Positions 87,408 through 97,863 of a stretch of DNA of 124,000 nucleotides are shown piece by piece. The position numbers and the translations under genes are program-made. A model generated the notes under the pieces. It saw nothing but the letters and a program-made list of their open reading frames with translations, made no database searches and was not told the origin of the DNA. The stretch is from assembly GCF_000737315.1 (NCBI RefSeq), contig NZ_JMCB01000008.1, positions 144,001 through 268,000 of the forward strand, written 5' to 3'. This stretch comes from Hyalangium minutum. GTDB taxonomy: Bacteria; Myxococcota; Myxococcia; Myxococcales; Myxococcaceae. The first letter of the stretch is position 1, and each line of letters starts with the position of its first letter.

Positions 87408-88624
87408 CAGAACAGGTGGAGCACCAACCCGCTGCGCAGCTTGGGCTCGAACCACGTGGACTTGGGCGGCATGATCTCGCCCGCGTCCGCGATGGCCATG
87501 AGCTGATCCAGGCTGGTCGGGAACATCGAGAAGGCCACCTTCCACGCCCCGCCATTCACCAGGCGCTCGAGTTCCTCCATGCCGCGGATGCCGCCCACGA
87601 AGTGGATGCGCGAGTCCTTGCGCGGATCCCCAATGCCCAGCAGCGGCTCCAGCACGTTGCGCTGGAGAATCGTCACGTCCAGCACGCCCGTGGGCGTCGT
87701 CTCGAACGTGCCCGGCTTCGCGGTGAGCTGGTACCACTGGCCGCCCAGGTACATGCCAAACTGGTGCCCCCGGTCCGGCTTCTTCTGCGTGCCCGGCTTC
87801 ACCTCGAAGCGCTCGCCCAGCTTCTGCAGCAGCTGCTCCGGCGACAGGCCGCGCAGGTCCTTCACCACGCGGTTGTAGTCGAGGATCTGCATCTGATCGT
87901 GCGGGAACACCACGGCGAGGAACCGATCGTGTCCCCCACCTTCCCCGCGCTGCTGGCGCAGGGCATGGACGCGCGAGGCGGCCGCGGAGCGGTGGTGCCC
88001 GTCCGCAATGTAGAGCGCCGGCACCGCGCGGAAGGCCTCCTGCAGCTTTTCATTCAGCTCGCCGCGCACCACCCAGAAGGTGTGCCCGATTCCGTCCTCG
88101 GTCGTAAAGTCGTACTCGGGGGCGCCGCGCGTGCCCTCCTCCACCAGCGCGGCAACGGCCGCCGTGGCCCGGTACGTGAGGAACACCGGTTCGTCATTGC
88201 CGCCCAGCTCGTCCACGTGCCGCGTGCGGTCGTCCTCCTTGTCCGCGCGCGTCAGCTCGTGCTTCTTGATGAGCTGGGCGTCGTACTCCCGCACGCTCGC
88301 GGCGGCCACCACCCCCGTCTGCACATGCGAGCCCATGCGCTGGCGGTACAGGTAGAAGCACGGCTCCGCCTCCTGCACGAGCCGCCCCGTCTTCTGGAAC
88401 TCCACGAGGTTCTCACAGCCCTTCGCGTACACCTCGTCCGCGTGCTCGTCCGTGCCGGGCGGCAAGTCGATCTCCGGGCGGGAGATGCGGAAGAAGCTGT
88501 CCGGGTTGCCCTTCGCGTAGGCGCGCGCCTCCTCGGCGTTCACCACGTCATACGGAGGTGCCACGAGCTTCTGTGCCAGTTCCTTCGGAGGGCGGAGGCC
88601 ACGGAAGGGACGGAGTTCAGCCAA
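87407..88624 (-). CDS. DUF1015 family protein
   Basis: PFRGLRP; PPYDV; KKHELT; IADGHHR; MPPKSTWFEPKLRSG; TTG start. Confidence 0.93.
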   Translation of the reverse strand: MAELRPFRGLRPPKELAQKLVAPPYDVVNAEEARAYAKGNPDSFFRISRPEIDLPPGTDEHADEVYAKGCENLVEFQKTGRLVQEAEPCFYLYRQRMGSHVQTGVVAAASVREYDAQLIKKHELTRADKEDDRTRHVDELGGNDEPVFLTYRATAAVAALVEEGTRGAPEYDFTTEDGIGHTFWVVRGELNEKLQEAFRAVPALYIADGHHRSAAASRVHALRQQRGEGGGHDRFLAVVFPHDQMQILDYNRVVKDLRGLSPEQLLQKLGERFEVKPGTQKKPDRGHQFGMYLGGQWYQLTAKPGTFETTPTGVLDVTILQRNVLEPLLGIGDPRKDSRIHFVGGIRGMEELERLVNGGAWKVAFSMFPTSLDQLMAIADAGEIMPPKSTWFEPKLRSGLVLHLF

Positions 88625-88885
88625 GGAGTCACTCCAGGTCAGGGTCTGGGGCCGAGGCTGGCCCAAAGCCCCCGGCGATGCGAGCGCCTTCTCCTTTTTC
88701 CATGGCGCACTGTGTCAGTAAAACGTTGACAACCGGGGCGCAGAGCGCGGGGGGAACCCTGCCTTCCTCATCGGTAAACCACTGGAAACACTCTTCATTT
88801 CCCGGAAGTGAACGTTCCGGGACTGCCCCGGGGGGTGCCGTCCGTTGCCCCTCCGACAAGGCCGCGCCCCCCGCAAAACGTTGAT

Positions 88886-88909
88886 TGCAAATCGGTAAAT
88901 CGGTTTGCA
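88886..88909. promoter_or_regulatory. Inverted repeat upstream of the ScfR/RamB-type regulator
   Basis: TGCAAATCG-N6-CGGTTTGCA (8/9 symmetric). Confidence 0.55.
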
Positions 88910-88967
88910 GAGTGCCCCGGAGCATGGCGAGCGCGGGCCAGAGCGCGCACCCATGTAGGACAAATTG

Positions 88968-90563
88968 ATGAACGAGAATGCACTGAACGCGAACGTTGGC
89001 CTGAAGCTCAGAGGCCTGCGGCTCGCGCGCAATATCAAGCAGACGGACGCGGCGAAGGAGCTGGGGGTGTCCCCGGCGTACCTGAACCTCATCGAGAAGG
89101 GCAAGCGGGTGATGCCCTTCCCGCTGCTGTGGAAGGCGCTGCGCTACTTCGATCAGGATCCTGAGCAGTTCATGTCCTCGCTGGGCGAGGGCCGGGTGGA
89201 CGAGGCGCTGGCGAAGCTGCTGGACGAGCCGCTGCTGAAGAGCCTGGATATCGACTCGGAGTCGCTCCAGAGCCTGTCGGCGGAGCCGAAGCTGGCGGGC
89301 ACGGTGGCCGCCCTGTTCAACCTGTACAAGAACACGCGCACGCAGTTGGAGAACGTGCTGGCGCAGCTGTCCTCCGAGGAGCGGGCGCGCGCGCAGCGCA
89401 ACGACGGGCCGGGCCTGCGCTACGACTACTCGCCCTACGACGAGGTGAGCGACTTCCTGGAGCAGCACCGCAACTACTTCCCGGAGCTGGAAGAGCAGGC
89501 GGAGGCACTGCGGCGGGACTTCAAGCTGGAGCGGCTGTTGACCAGCTCCCAGCTCATCCGCCTGCTCGAGGAGCGGTTTGGCTTCCGGGTGAACTTCGAG
89601 CGCGCCCCCAGCGGCTCGTCCGTGGTGCGGCGGCTGGACTTGGAAGAGCAGACCCTGACGCTGTCTCCGGACCTGACGGAGCAGCCACTGAAGTTCCAGG
89701 TGGCCACCTCCATCGGGCTGCTGATGATGGACCGGGCGAAGCTGGTGGAGCGAATCGTGGGGGGCAACCGCACGCGGCACGCGGAGACGGTGCGCCTCAT
89801 CAAGGTGAACCTGTCCAACTACTTCGCCGGCGCGCTGATGCTGCCCTACGGGGACTTCTTCCGAGAAGTGGAGCGCTCGCGCTACGACGTGGAGCTGCTC
89901 TCGAGCATCTTCGGCACCACGTACGAGACGGTGGCCCACCGGCTGTGCAACCTGTCCGACCCCAAGCGGCCGGGGCTTCCCTTCCACTTCCTGCGGGCGG
90001 ACATCGCCGGCAACATCTCCAAGCGCTACAGCGGCACGGGGCTGAAGTTCGCCAGCGGCGGCGGCTCGTGCGGCAAGTGGGCGGTGCACCTGGCGTTCCT
90101 CAACCCGGGCCAGCTCACGCGGCAGTACTCGATGATGCCGGACGGGGCGGCGTACTTCTGCTTCGCCAAGGTGCAGCTGCAGCCCATCGAGGGCTCCATC
90201 GTGAAGGGCACGGCGTACTCCATCGGCCTGGGTACCCACGCGGAGAACGCGAAGTACCTGGCCTATGGGCTGCCCACCACGGATCTGCGCAAGGACGCGG
90301 TGGCCACGGGGATTACGTGCCGGTTCTGCGAGCGCACGGACTGCAACCAGCGCGCGGCGCCCAGCTACCGGTTCGCCTTCGCGTTCGACGAGTACACGAA
90401 GAAGGACTGCTTCTTCTCCCCGCTGCTGGTGCACGAGCAGGGCGACAACTGGACCTCCCAGGGCGAGCGCACGGAGAACGGGGAAAGGAATGGGGCCCAT
90501 AAGGACGGCCGTCAGGAACTGCTGGACAAGCAGGCGCGGCGCCGTAACAAAGGCGAGCCATGA
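88968..90563 (+). CDS. XRE-family ScfR/PrpR/RamB-like regulator
   Basis: HTH (LGVSPAYLNLIE); NYFAGALMLPY; ETVAHRL; DIAGNISKR; C-terminal CRFCERTDC. Confidence 0.9.
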   Translation: MNENALNANVGLKLRGLRLARNIKQTDAAKELGVSPAYLNLIEKGKRVMPFPLLWKALRYFDQDPEQFMSSLGEGRVDEALAKLLDEPLLKSLDIDSESLQSLSAEPKLAGTVAALFNLYKNTRTQLENVLAQLSSEERARAQRNDGPGLRYDYSPYDEVSDFLEQHRNYFPELEEQAEALRRDFKLERLLTSSQLIRLLEERFGFRVNFERAPSGSSVVRRLDLEEQTLTLSPDLTEQPLKFQVATSIGLLMMDRAKLVERIVGGNRTRHAETVRLIKVNLSNYFAGALMLPYGDFFREVERSRYDVELLSSIFGTTYETVAHRLCNLSDPKRPGLPFHFLRADIAGNISKRYSGTGLKFASGGGSCGKWAVHLAFLNPGQLTRQYSMMPDGAAYFCFAKVQLQPIEGSIVKGTAYSIGLGTHAENAKYLAYGLPTTDLRKDAVATGITCRFCERTDCNQRAAPSYRFAFAFDEYTKKDCFFSPLLVHEQGDNWTSQGERTENGERNGAHKDGRQELLDKQARRRNKGEP

Positions 90564-91429
90564 GTCTGACGGACACCGAACGCGCCCACATCCAAGAGAC
90601 CCTCCAGAAGCAACGGGATGCGCTGGCGACGCTGCGCTTCACCGGCAGCCCTGAGCAGGTGGGCCAGGGGTTGCTTCAGCTCGCCGAGCTGCACGGCCTG
90701 CTGGAGGACCACGCCGCGAGCCGCAAGCACTATGAGGAGGCGCTGAGCCTCTTCAAGACGGCGCGGCACAAGACGGGGCAGGCCCAGGCGCTGTACGGGC
90801 TGGGCGTGGCGCGGGCTCAGTTCGAGGACCACAAGGGCTCCATCGAGTGGATCGCCCAGGCCGCGGCCCTCTACAACGAGGTGAAGGACAAGGAGGGCGA
90901 GGCCCTCTGCCGCGCGTGCATTGGTGAGTCCCTGCGCGCGCTGGGCCACACGGACGGCGCCGAGGAGAAGTACCAAGAGGCGCTGATCCTCTTCCGGCAG
91001 ACGCGCAACACGGACCGGGTGGCGGCGCTGCTGATGGACATCGGCGACATCCGCATGGAGGCCGGGGACTACAAGCGCGCCCGGGAGCGCTTCCTGGAGG
91101 CGCTGACGATTCTGGAGAAGGGCGAGGAGCCGGAGCCGCTCGCGCTGTGCCAGCTGCTGCTGGGCGAGGCGGAGGGGCTGATGGGTAACCACGAGGCGGC
91201 GCGGCCCCACCTGCTGGAGGCCGTGGAGCTGTACGCGCAGCTGCATGACCACGTCTTCGAGGCCCGGGCCCGGTGGGACCTGGGGCTGGCCTGCTACCAC
91301 TCCAAGGACTTTCCTGCGGCGCGAGTCCAGCTCGAGGCGGTGCTGCCCCTCTACGAGGAGCAGGGCCGCACGGAGGAGGCCGCCAAGGTGCGCAACGTGC
91401 TGGCGCACTTCACCGCGAGCGGCGTGTAG
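90560..91429 (+). CDS. TPR protein
   Basis: Repeated A-xx-L-G helical pairs; ATGA overlap. Confidence 0.85.
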   Translation: MSLTDTERAHIQETLQKQRDALATLRFTGSPEQVGQGLLQLAELHGLLEDHAASRKHYEEALSLFKTARHKTGQAQALYGLGVARAQFEDHKGSIEWIAQAAALYNEVKDKEGEALCRACIGESLRALGHTDGAEEKYQEALILFRQTRNTDRVAALLMDIGDIRMEAGDYKRARERFLEALTILEKGEEPEPLALCQLLLGEAEGLMGNHEAARPHLLEAVELYAQLHDHVFEARARWDLGLACYHSKDFPAARVQLEAVLPLYEEQGRTEEAAKVRNVLAHFTASGV

Positions 91430-91430
91430 C

Positions 91431-91865
91431 TCAGGCGCTGATGCCGGCGCCCACCGCGAGGGCGAGCAGTCCGAGCACGCCTGCGGCACAGAGCGTGTAA
91501 CGCCACTCGCCGCGCAACCCGAGCATGGTGCCGGCCATCACCAGCCGCGCCACCGGCGTCACCAGGAGCAGCGAGGCGGCGCCCTTGCGCAGGGTGTCGA
91601 TGGCCACTTGCACTGTCTCGGATTGGGGCAGCGCCTCCAGTGCCAGCGAGCCGAGGAACATCGTCCCGCTGATGATGGCCCCGCCTCGCAGGATGCGGGC
91701 AATCCAACGCTCCCCCGCCGCCGAACGCCCGATGCGCTCGCGGGCTCGTGCGGGCGCTGCTGCTGGAACTTCCGTCTCTGCCACCACCGCGTTCGCCTTG
91801 GCCACCGCCCCAACGGGCGGAGGCGTCGGTGCCGCGGCCTCGCTCACTTCCATATGCTCGGCCAC
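91431..91865 (-). CDS. DUF1634-like small membrane protein; start uncertain
   Basis: ILRGG; LLLVTPVARL; follows TSUP. Confidence 0.65.
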   Translation of the reverse strand: MAEHMEVSEAAAPTPPPVGAVAKANAVVAETEVPAAAPARARERIGRSAAGERWIARILRGGAIISGTMFLGSLALEALPQSETVQVAIDTLRKGAASLLLVTPVARLVMAGTMLGLRGEWRYTLCAAGVLGLLALAVGAGISA

Positions 91866-92626
91866 AGTCCCTCTCCTCCCTTCCAGAACATCTGCCCCGC
91901 CACCACCAGCAAGACGACTGCGAACAGCTTCTTGAGCACCGCCGTGGGCACGCGCGGCATGAGCCGGCTGCCCACGTACGCCCCGGCGAGCACGCCCACC
92001 ACCAGCGGAGCGACGAGCGGCAGCTTCATGTGCCCGCGCCAAGCGTAGGACGCCACGCTGGCGGCGCCCGTCACGCCGATCATCAGGTTACTGGTGGCAC
92101 TGGCCACCTTGAAGGGCACCCGCATCCCGTAGCTCATCAGTGGCACTTTGAGCGGGCCGCCGCCCACGCCCAGCAGCGCGGACAGCCCTCCGGCCACGAA
92201 CGAGCCGGAGATGCCCAGCGGGTAGTTGGTCGGCGTGTAGACGGTAGTGGCCGCGGGCTCTTCGTTCCGCGTGCGCACCAGGAGGATCTGCAGCGCGACA
92301 TAGAGGGTGAAGAGGCCGAACACCACCGCCACCATGGCCGGAGCGAGGTAGGCGGCGACCAACCCACCGGTGATGGCACCCACCACGGTGGCGAGCTCCA
92401 GCGTGAGCCCCAGTCGGATGTCACTCAGGCGATTGTCCACATAGCTGGCGGCGGCCGCACACGAGCTGGCCACCACACACATCAGGCTCGCGGGTACGGC
92501 TTCTTCGAGCGGGAGGTGGAAACCGAACACGAGCAGAGGCACGAGCACCACCCCACCGCCGATGCCAAGCATGGCGCCTGTCAGGCCGCCGAAAGCGCCC
92601 GCTGCGATGAGGAGGAAGAGTGTCAT
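91844..92626 (-). CDS. TauE/SafE (TSUP) exporter
   Basis: LGIGGGVVLVP; LGVGGG..KVP; ATSN. Confidence 0.92.
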   Translation of the reverse strand: MTLFLLIAAGAFGGLTGAMLGIGGGVVLVPLLVFGFHLPLEEAVPASLMCVVASSCAAAASYVDNRLSDIRLGLTLELATVVGAITGGLVAAYLAPAMVAVVFGLFTLYVALQILLVRTRNEEPAATTVYTPTNYPLGISGSFVAGGLSALLGVGGGPLKVPLMSYGMRVPFKVASATSNLMIGVTGAASVASYAWRGHMKLPLVAPLVVGVLAGAYVGSRLMPRVPTAVLKKLFAVVLLVVAGQMFWKGGEGLWPSIWK

Positions 92627-92776
92627 CGCGTGAGAGGATAGGAGTGGGCTCCCGGATCGGATAGACGCATTCCCGTGCAGCTCCGGAGCTCGCCTGGTCG
92701 GCTGCTGTGCTCGGACTCACGCTACGGCTTGAGGGCTGGGCGAACGTTAAGCACCGTGCCTCGCAAGCGCTGAGGC

Positions 92777-93697
92777 TCACTCCAGGAAGCGGCGCTCCCA
92801 CCGGTACAGCACTTCGTCCGGGAACTTCCACTCCGGAACGCGAGGCGACTGATAGAGCCAGGGTTCCAAGACCTGGGCCAGCTCGCGGTACGCAGGCAGG
92901 GTGTTCCCCTGCTCCAGATCTCCCGCTTCAGGCCACTCTCCGAGTGTCACGACGGCACGGCCTGCTCCCATGTTCTCCACGGTCGTCCCTCCGGAGTGCA
93001 GGCGTGCAGCCAAGCCCTCTGCCCCCCCCAGTTGTCCCAGGACGGGCTCTCCGAGAAACGTCAACCAGGACACGCCTTTGATGCGTGCACCGAGCCGGCC
93101 GGGCAGCCGCTCCATGGCCGGCATGTCCAAACCGGGGTGACGGAAGCACTGCGGCCAGAGCAACTTGCGGACCTCGTACAGGTCCTCGGAAAAATACACG
93201 GAGAGGCCTGCGTGACCGGAGTTGAAGGGCAGTTCCGCGCCCAACTCCAGAGCCAGTTTGCGGACCTGAGCCGGTCCATGCTTCTCCAGGTACTCAGTGG
93301 GCAGCCAGAACGCCACGGCGCAGGTGCGCTCCAGGTCCTGGAACTCGAAAGCTTCTTTCAAATCCCGCCCTGAGTAGCGAAACTCATAATCCGATGAGAG
93401 TCGATCCGTCTCGCGCAGCCGGATCTCGGCGCCCCGGGGATGCCCCATCTTCTGGCGTAGCATTTCCCACTGGGATTGATCGAGTTCCTGCCAATCGCCC
93501 TCTCCATCCGGCGTCCAAGCAAGTGTGCCGAGACCGATTGCCTCGCGATAACGTTCTAGGCCTCTCATCACCCCAGGAATGACTTCCTGGTGAGAGCGCT
93601 GCATATAAAAGCAGATGCTCAGGCTCGTCCGGGTGCACGGAAATCGCTCCTCCCCATCCTCCCCGTCATAGCGAATTTGTGGATAACGCTCGCTCAT
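92777..93697 (-). CDS. DUF3396/TsiV-like immunity protein
   Basis: LPFNSGHAG; RHPGLD; KGVSWLTFLG; PAYRELA...WERRF. Confidence 0.85.
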   Translation of the reverse strand: MSERYPQIRYDGEDGEERFPCTRTSLSICFYMQRSHQEVIPGVMRGLERYREAIGLGTLAWTPDGEGDWQELDQSQWEMLRQKMGHPRGAEIRLRETDRLSSDYEFRYSGRDLKEAFEFQDLERTCAVAFWLPTEYLEKHGPAQVRKLALELGAELPFNSGHAGLSVYFSEDLYEVRKLLWPQCFRHPGLDMPAMERLPGRLGARIKGVSWLTFLGEPVLGQLGGAEGLAARLHSGGTTVENMGAGRAVVTLGEWPEAGDLEQGNTLPAYRELAQVLEPWLYQSPRVPEWKFPDEVLYRWERRFLE

Positions 93698-94524
93698 CGG
93701 GTCACTCCGAATGCGGGACGTACAGACATGACCTCGGCTTTGAAGGCCTCTTCGTACACAGTCTGCTGGTTCAGCGGATGGAATGGATGATTCGGATGGT
93801 ATTCATGCCATGAGGCCTCTTTGTCCTTCGGGCAGGGAAATTTGAAGTCAAACACCGCCTGGATGTTGAGCAGGTCGCCTGCGGCATGGACCACGACATC
93901 CGGGATCAGGGTCCCCAACAATTTGTGGAACAATCCCTCACGGAGCCACGCATCCACCTGATTGGGATTGAGCGGCTCCACAGTCCGCGTCTTCCGATCG
94001 TACCGGTAAGGTTGCTGCATGGTGACGTATTCCCAAAGTTCCTCGGGTAACTCCCTCTGGACACACTCCATCGCGGCTCGGTGCTTCTCCTGTCCCAAGT
94101 GCATGGCCCAGGTCACCTTGCGCCCGCCGTTTTCTGTCTTGAAGGTCTCCCGACAAAGTTGGCGAGAGGGGCGTTGTCCCTGTCCGAGCAGACGATCGTC
94201 GACGTCTCGGCTGGCCTGATTGGCTCAGTCGCTCAGCACCTGCACCACCCTCGCGAGGTCCGCAGCCTCCAGTAGCTTCATCAGCGCCGATGCGGCGCGC
94301 GCGGCCTCTATCGAACGGGCCACCCATGGCAGTATGGGTGTTTCGCCGCTGGGAGGCGCATAGCAGGCCGGCGTACGCATGCAGGCGCTGCTCGCTGAAT
94401 CCATCGACTGCGCGTACTGCCTGGGCGTGAACGAACCACCGCCCCTCGGCGCGGCGCACGAGCCGAGGACCCCACTGGCTCCCACCAGCAGAAAGAATCG
94501 CAATACGTCTGACAGGAAGGACAT
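93694..94524 (-). pseudogene. Lipoprotein nuclease toxin interrupted by an in-frame TGA at 94225-94227
   Basis: The two ORF-track pieces share a frame: ...VLSD*ANQ...; PDVVVH...DFKFPC nuclease motif; LGSC lipobox. Confidence 0.8.
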
Positions 94525-94542
94525 GACCACCCTCAATGGGCG

Positions 94543-95436
94543 TCAGGCGGCGTAGGCGCCGATCGTGCCCTCGGGGAACTCTTCCAGAAAACGTGCGCGC
94601 GTACGCGGCGTGAAGGTCCCCCGGGCCATGTAGAGCAGCAGGTGCCGCAGCACCCCGCGTGTCTGCTCCAGTGCGGCTTCCACCTCGGCCGCGAAATCGA
94701 AGCTGTCGTGGCGGTACAGCTCGTGGAAGCTCAGCTGCGAGTACGCCGGCAACGAGCGCATCCGTCCCACCGGGCTCGAGAGCACCATCCCCATCATGTA
94801 GAGCCCCCTCACCCACCCGTCCACCTGCGCCTTCGTCGGCGCATGCCCCACCCGCTCCTGCGAGGCCAGCCGCACCAGCTCGTAGATGCCCCGGCCAATC
94901 CCCCTGTACGGAAAGCCCCGGCTCTTCGTCACCTGGAAGCGCGTCCGCAGCCCCGCGTTGCCCAGCATCTCCATGCCGTGCAGCTCGCGCAGGTAGAAGA
95001 GCGTCTGCGCCCATTCGATCTTCCGGTGCGCGTCCAGCTCCGTGTCCTCTTTGCGGCGGTGGCGCGCCACCAGCAGATCCACCCCCGGGTGCAGCCGCCG
95101 ATCCAAGCACAGGTGCGTGAAGTACCCCGCCAGCAACGCCAGCCCCGGCTCGGTGCCCACCAGCGCCCCGGTGGCCACCAGCTCCCCCATCTTCAGCCCC
95201 AGCCCCACTGGCGCCCGCTCGTGGTACAGGCGAGCAAACGCGGGCACCTCCCGCTCGGGCAGCAGGGCCGTCAGCCCTCCGCGCAGCCCCTCACACAGCG
95301 GGAGATCCGGCAGCGCGGCCCCAAAGCGCGCGTACGGCAAGTCCTCGGCCAGTGCGCGTGCAATGTCCTCGGGAAGGCTCCCTGGGTGGGCGGCGAGCTG
95401 CTCGATGGCGGTCAGGTGAAGGAGCAGCGAGGGCAT
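94543..95436 (-). CDS. Zinc-dependent phospholipase C-like protein
   Basis: N-terminal LLH; GAALPD; GYFTHLCLD...HP; H...E. Confidence 0.7.
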   Translation of the reverse strand: MPSLLLHLTAIEQLAAHPGSLPEDIARALAEDLPYARFGAALPDLPLCEGLRGGLTALLPEREVPAFARLYHERAPVGLGLKMGELVATGALVGTEPGLALLAGYFTHLCLDRRLHPGVDLLVARHRRKEDTELDAHRKIEWAQTLFYLRELHGMEMLGNAGLRTRFQVTKSRGFPYRGIGRGIYELVRLASQERVGHAPTKAQVDGWVRGLYMMGMVLSSPVGRMRSLPAYSQLSFHELYRHDSFDFAAEVEAALEQTRGVLRHLLLYMARGTFTPRTRARFLEEFPEGTIGAYAA

Positions 95437-95560
95437 GCATCACCAGAGCTACCCAGCGCGCCGTGTCAATGCAACGCCCATGTGAAGCCGAAGCTTTGCG
95501 CGTAACAGGCACGGCGATACAGTCCGCGCCGCTTTCCACCCCCAGGAGTACATCCCCACC

Positions 95561-97159
95561 ATGAATTTCAGCTTCGTCCCGGGCGACGCCCTGCGGGCAG
95601 GCGGCGCCCTGCTCGTCATCCCCCTGCTTGATGGCGACCTCGGAGACACCGCTTCCACTGCCCTCACTGCCGCGGACAAGGCCCTGGAAGGCAAGCTGCG
95701 CGCAGCCGCCACCCAGGAGGGCTTCAAGGGCAAGGCGGAGCAGTCCCTGGTGCTGAACACCCTGGGCACGCTCGCCGCCGAGCGCGTCCTGCTGCTGGGC
95801 CTGGGCTCGCGAGGCAAGTTCACCCACGAGGTGCTCCGTCAGGCCGCCGGGCGCGCCGCCAAGACGGCCCAGAAGCTCAAGGTCCAGGAGCTGACCTTCG
95901 TTGTCCCAGAGGCCCTCGCCGCCCCCGAGGCCGTGCGCGCCATCGCCGAGGGCCTGCTGCTGGGCGTCTACAAGTTCGACCGCTACAAGACGGGCGGCCC
96001 CAAGGAGGAGAAGAAGGCTCCGGGGCTCGGCACGGTGAAGCTCGTGGTGTCCGGGGACGGCAAGAGCCCGGAGCTCCAGGCCGCCGTGGAGCTGGGCCGC
96101 CGCGTCGCCGAGGCCACCAACTGGGCGCGGGATCTCGTCAACGAGCCCCCCAACGTGGTGGACCCGGACCGGCTCGCCCAGGCCGCCCAGGAGGTCGCCA
96201 AGGCCACTGGGATCAAGGCCACCATCGGCGGGCGCAAGGAGATCGAGCGCCTCAAGATGGGCATGTTCCTCGGCGTCGCCCAGGGCAGCGCCCACGAGCC
96301 CCGGCTGATCCACCTGGCCTACATCCCGAAGAACCCCAAGGACGCCAAGCGCGCGCCGCTGGCGCTGGTGGGCAAGGCCATCACCTTCGACTCGGGCGGA
96401 CTGTCGCTCAAGCCTGCCGATTCGATGATCGACATGAAGACGGACATGGCGGGCTCGGCGGCGGTGCTGGGCGCCATGCGCGTCATTGGCGAGCTCGCGC
96501 CGCCCTTCCCCGTGCACGCCTTCGTGGGCGCATGCGAGAACATGCCCTCGGGCACCGCCTACCGGCCGGGTGACATCCTCACCTCGCGCCTGGGCAAGAC
96601 GGTGGAGATCACCAACACGGACGCCGAGGGCCGCCTGGTGCTGGGTGACATCCTCACCTGGGCCGTGGAGCACAAGCCCGCCGCCATCGTGGACCTGGCC
96701 ACGCTCACGGGCGCGTGCGTCATCGCCCTGGGCAACTACATCGTCGGCGCGTTCGGCGACAACGATGGTGCCATGGAGGAAGTGCTGAAGGCCGCCAAGG
96801 CCGCCGGCGAGGAGTTCTGGCGCATGCCCGTCACCGAGCTGCAGAAGGACGCGCTGCGCTCCGAAGTGGCCGACATGAAGAACGCGGGCGAGCGCTGGGG
96901 CGGAGCCATCAACGCGGCCCTGTTCCTCAAGGAGTTCGTGGGCGACACGCCCTGGGTCCACCTGGACATTGCCGGCCCGTCCACCAGCCCCAAGGAGCGC
97001 GGCTACTTCAACAAGGGCGCCACGGGCGTCGGCCTGCGCACGCTGGTCGAACTCGTGCGCCAGCGCGCCGCCTCCCCTGAGAGCACGGAGAGCCCCGCTG
97101 AGAGCGCGGCCCCTGCTCCGAAGAGCCGCGCCAAGAAGGGCCGCTCGGCCCGTGCCTGA
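95561..97159 (+). CDS. pepA: Leucyl aminopeptidase (M17)
   Basis: GKAITFDSGG; MKTDMAG; NTDAEGRL; HLDIAG. Confidence 0.95.
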   Translation: MNFSFVPGDALRAGGALLVIPLLDGDLGDTASTALTAADKALEGKLRAAATQEGFKGKAEQSLVLNTLGTLAAERVLLLGLGSRGKFTHEVLRQAAGRAAKTAQKLKVQELTFVVPEALAAPEAVRAIAEGLLLGVYKFDRYKTGGPKEEKKAPGLGTVKLVVSGDGKSPELQAAVELGRRVAEATNWARDLVNEPPNVVDPDRLAQAAQEVAKATGIKATIGGRKEIERLKMGMFLGVAQGSAHEPRLIHLAYIPKNPKDAKRAPLALVGKAITFDSGGLSLKPADSMIDMKTDMAGSAAVLGAMRVIGELAPPFPVHAFVGACENMPSGTAYRPGDILTSRLGKTVEITNTDAEGRLVLGDILTWAVEHKPAAIVDLATLTGACVIALGNYIVGAFGDNDGAMEEVLKAAKAAGEEFWRMPVTELQKDALRSEVADMKNAGERWGGAINAALFLKEFVGDTPWVHLDIAGPSTSPKERGYFNKGATGVGLRTLVELVRQRAASPESTESPAESAAPAPKSRAKKGRSARA

Positions 97160-97173
97160 GCCGTATGCCCGGG

Positions 97174-97770
97174 CTAGCCTGGCTCGGGCAGCGGGTGCAC
97201 CGCGCCGAAGAGGGCCTCCACGCTCCGGTTCACATCCTCCGGAGCCGTCTCCGGCCAGGTGGCCAGGAACATGAACACCCGGCCGGGGCTGCCCTCCGTC
97301 ACCGCCACCCGGCCGCGCACCCCACCCTCCACCGTGAAGTTGAAGCCCACCGCGCTGTCGGACAGCGGCAGCGGCTCCGGATCCGAGGCGACGAAGCCGG
97401 GCTGCTCCTTCAGTCCCTCGCTGAGCCGCTCGGCGAACTGCGTGGGCGTGGCCACGGCGGGCGCCACCTGCAGCACCACCTGCGCGCCCGTGGTCCGGTG
97501 CTTCAGGACAACGGGGATGGCCATGCCCTCGGGAGCGTTCTGCTCCTCCGTCTCGTCGAGCTGCCACTCCGCCGTGGGCCGGACAATCTCGAAGCCCAGA
97601 TCCTCATCCACGTAGCGTCGCGTCGAGGACGGATACTCCTCGGCCAGCACCGCCTGGGCGCCCGGTGGCGTCTCCTGGGCCGCCTGCGGCCTCACCGCCG
97701 AGGACCGCGACGCCCCACACGCCGTGCACAGCACCACCGACACCACCCCCAGCCACCCCATCCGCCGCAT
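97174..97770 (-). CDS. Hypothetical lipoprotein
   Basis: CTAC lipobox; PsbP-like pattern. Confidence 0.7.
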   Translation of the reverse strand: MRRMGWLGVVSVVLCTACGASRSSAVRPQAAQETPPGAQAVLAEEYPSSTRRYVDEDLGFEIVRPTAEWQLDETEEQNAPEGMAIPVVLKHRTTGAQVVLQVAPAVATPTQFAERLSEGLKEQPGFVASDPEPLPLSDSAVGFNFTVEGGVRGRVAVTEGSPGRVFMFLATWPETAPEDVNRSVEALFGAVHPLPEPG

Positions 97771-97863
97771 GTCACCACCCCCACCCACCCCAAGCCCTGA
97801 TCGCAAACGTGGGTACGGCTCCCACGCGTGACCAGGGGGGTAAGGGATGAGGAGGAGCAGCTG

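Noticed and set aside
94225-94227. Selenocysteine read-through of the toxin TGA
   Set aside because: No evident SECIS hairpin and no redox-enzyme context; a nonsense mutation is simpler.
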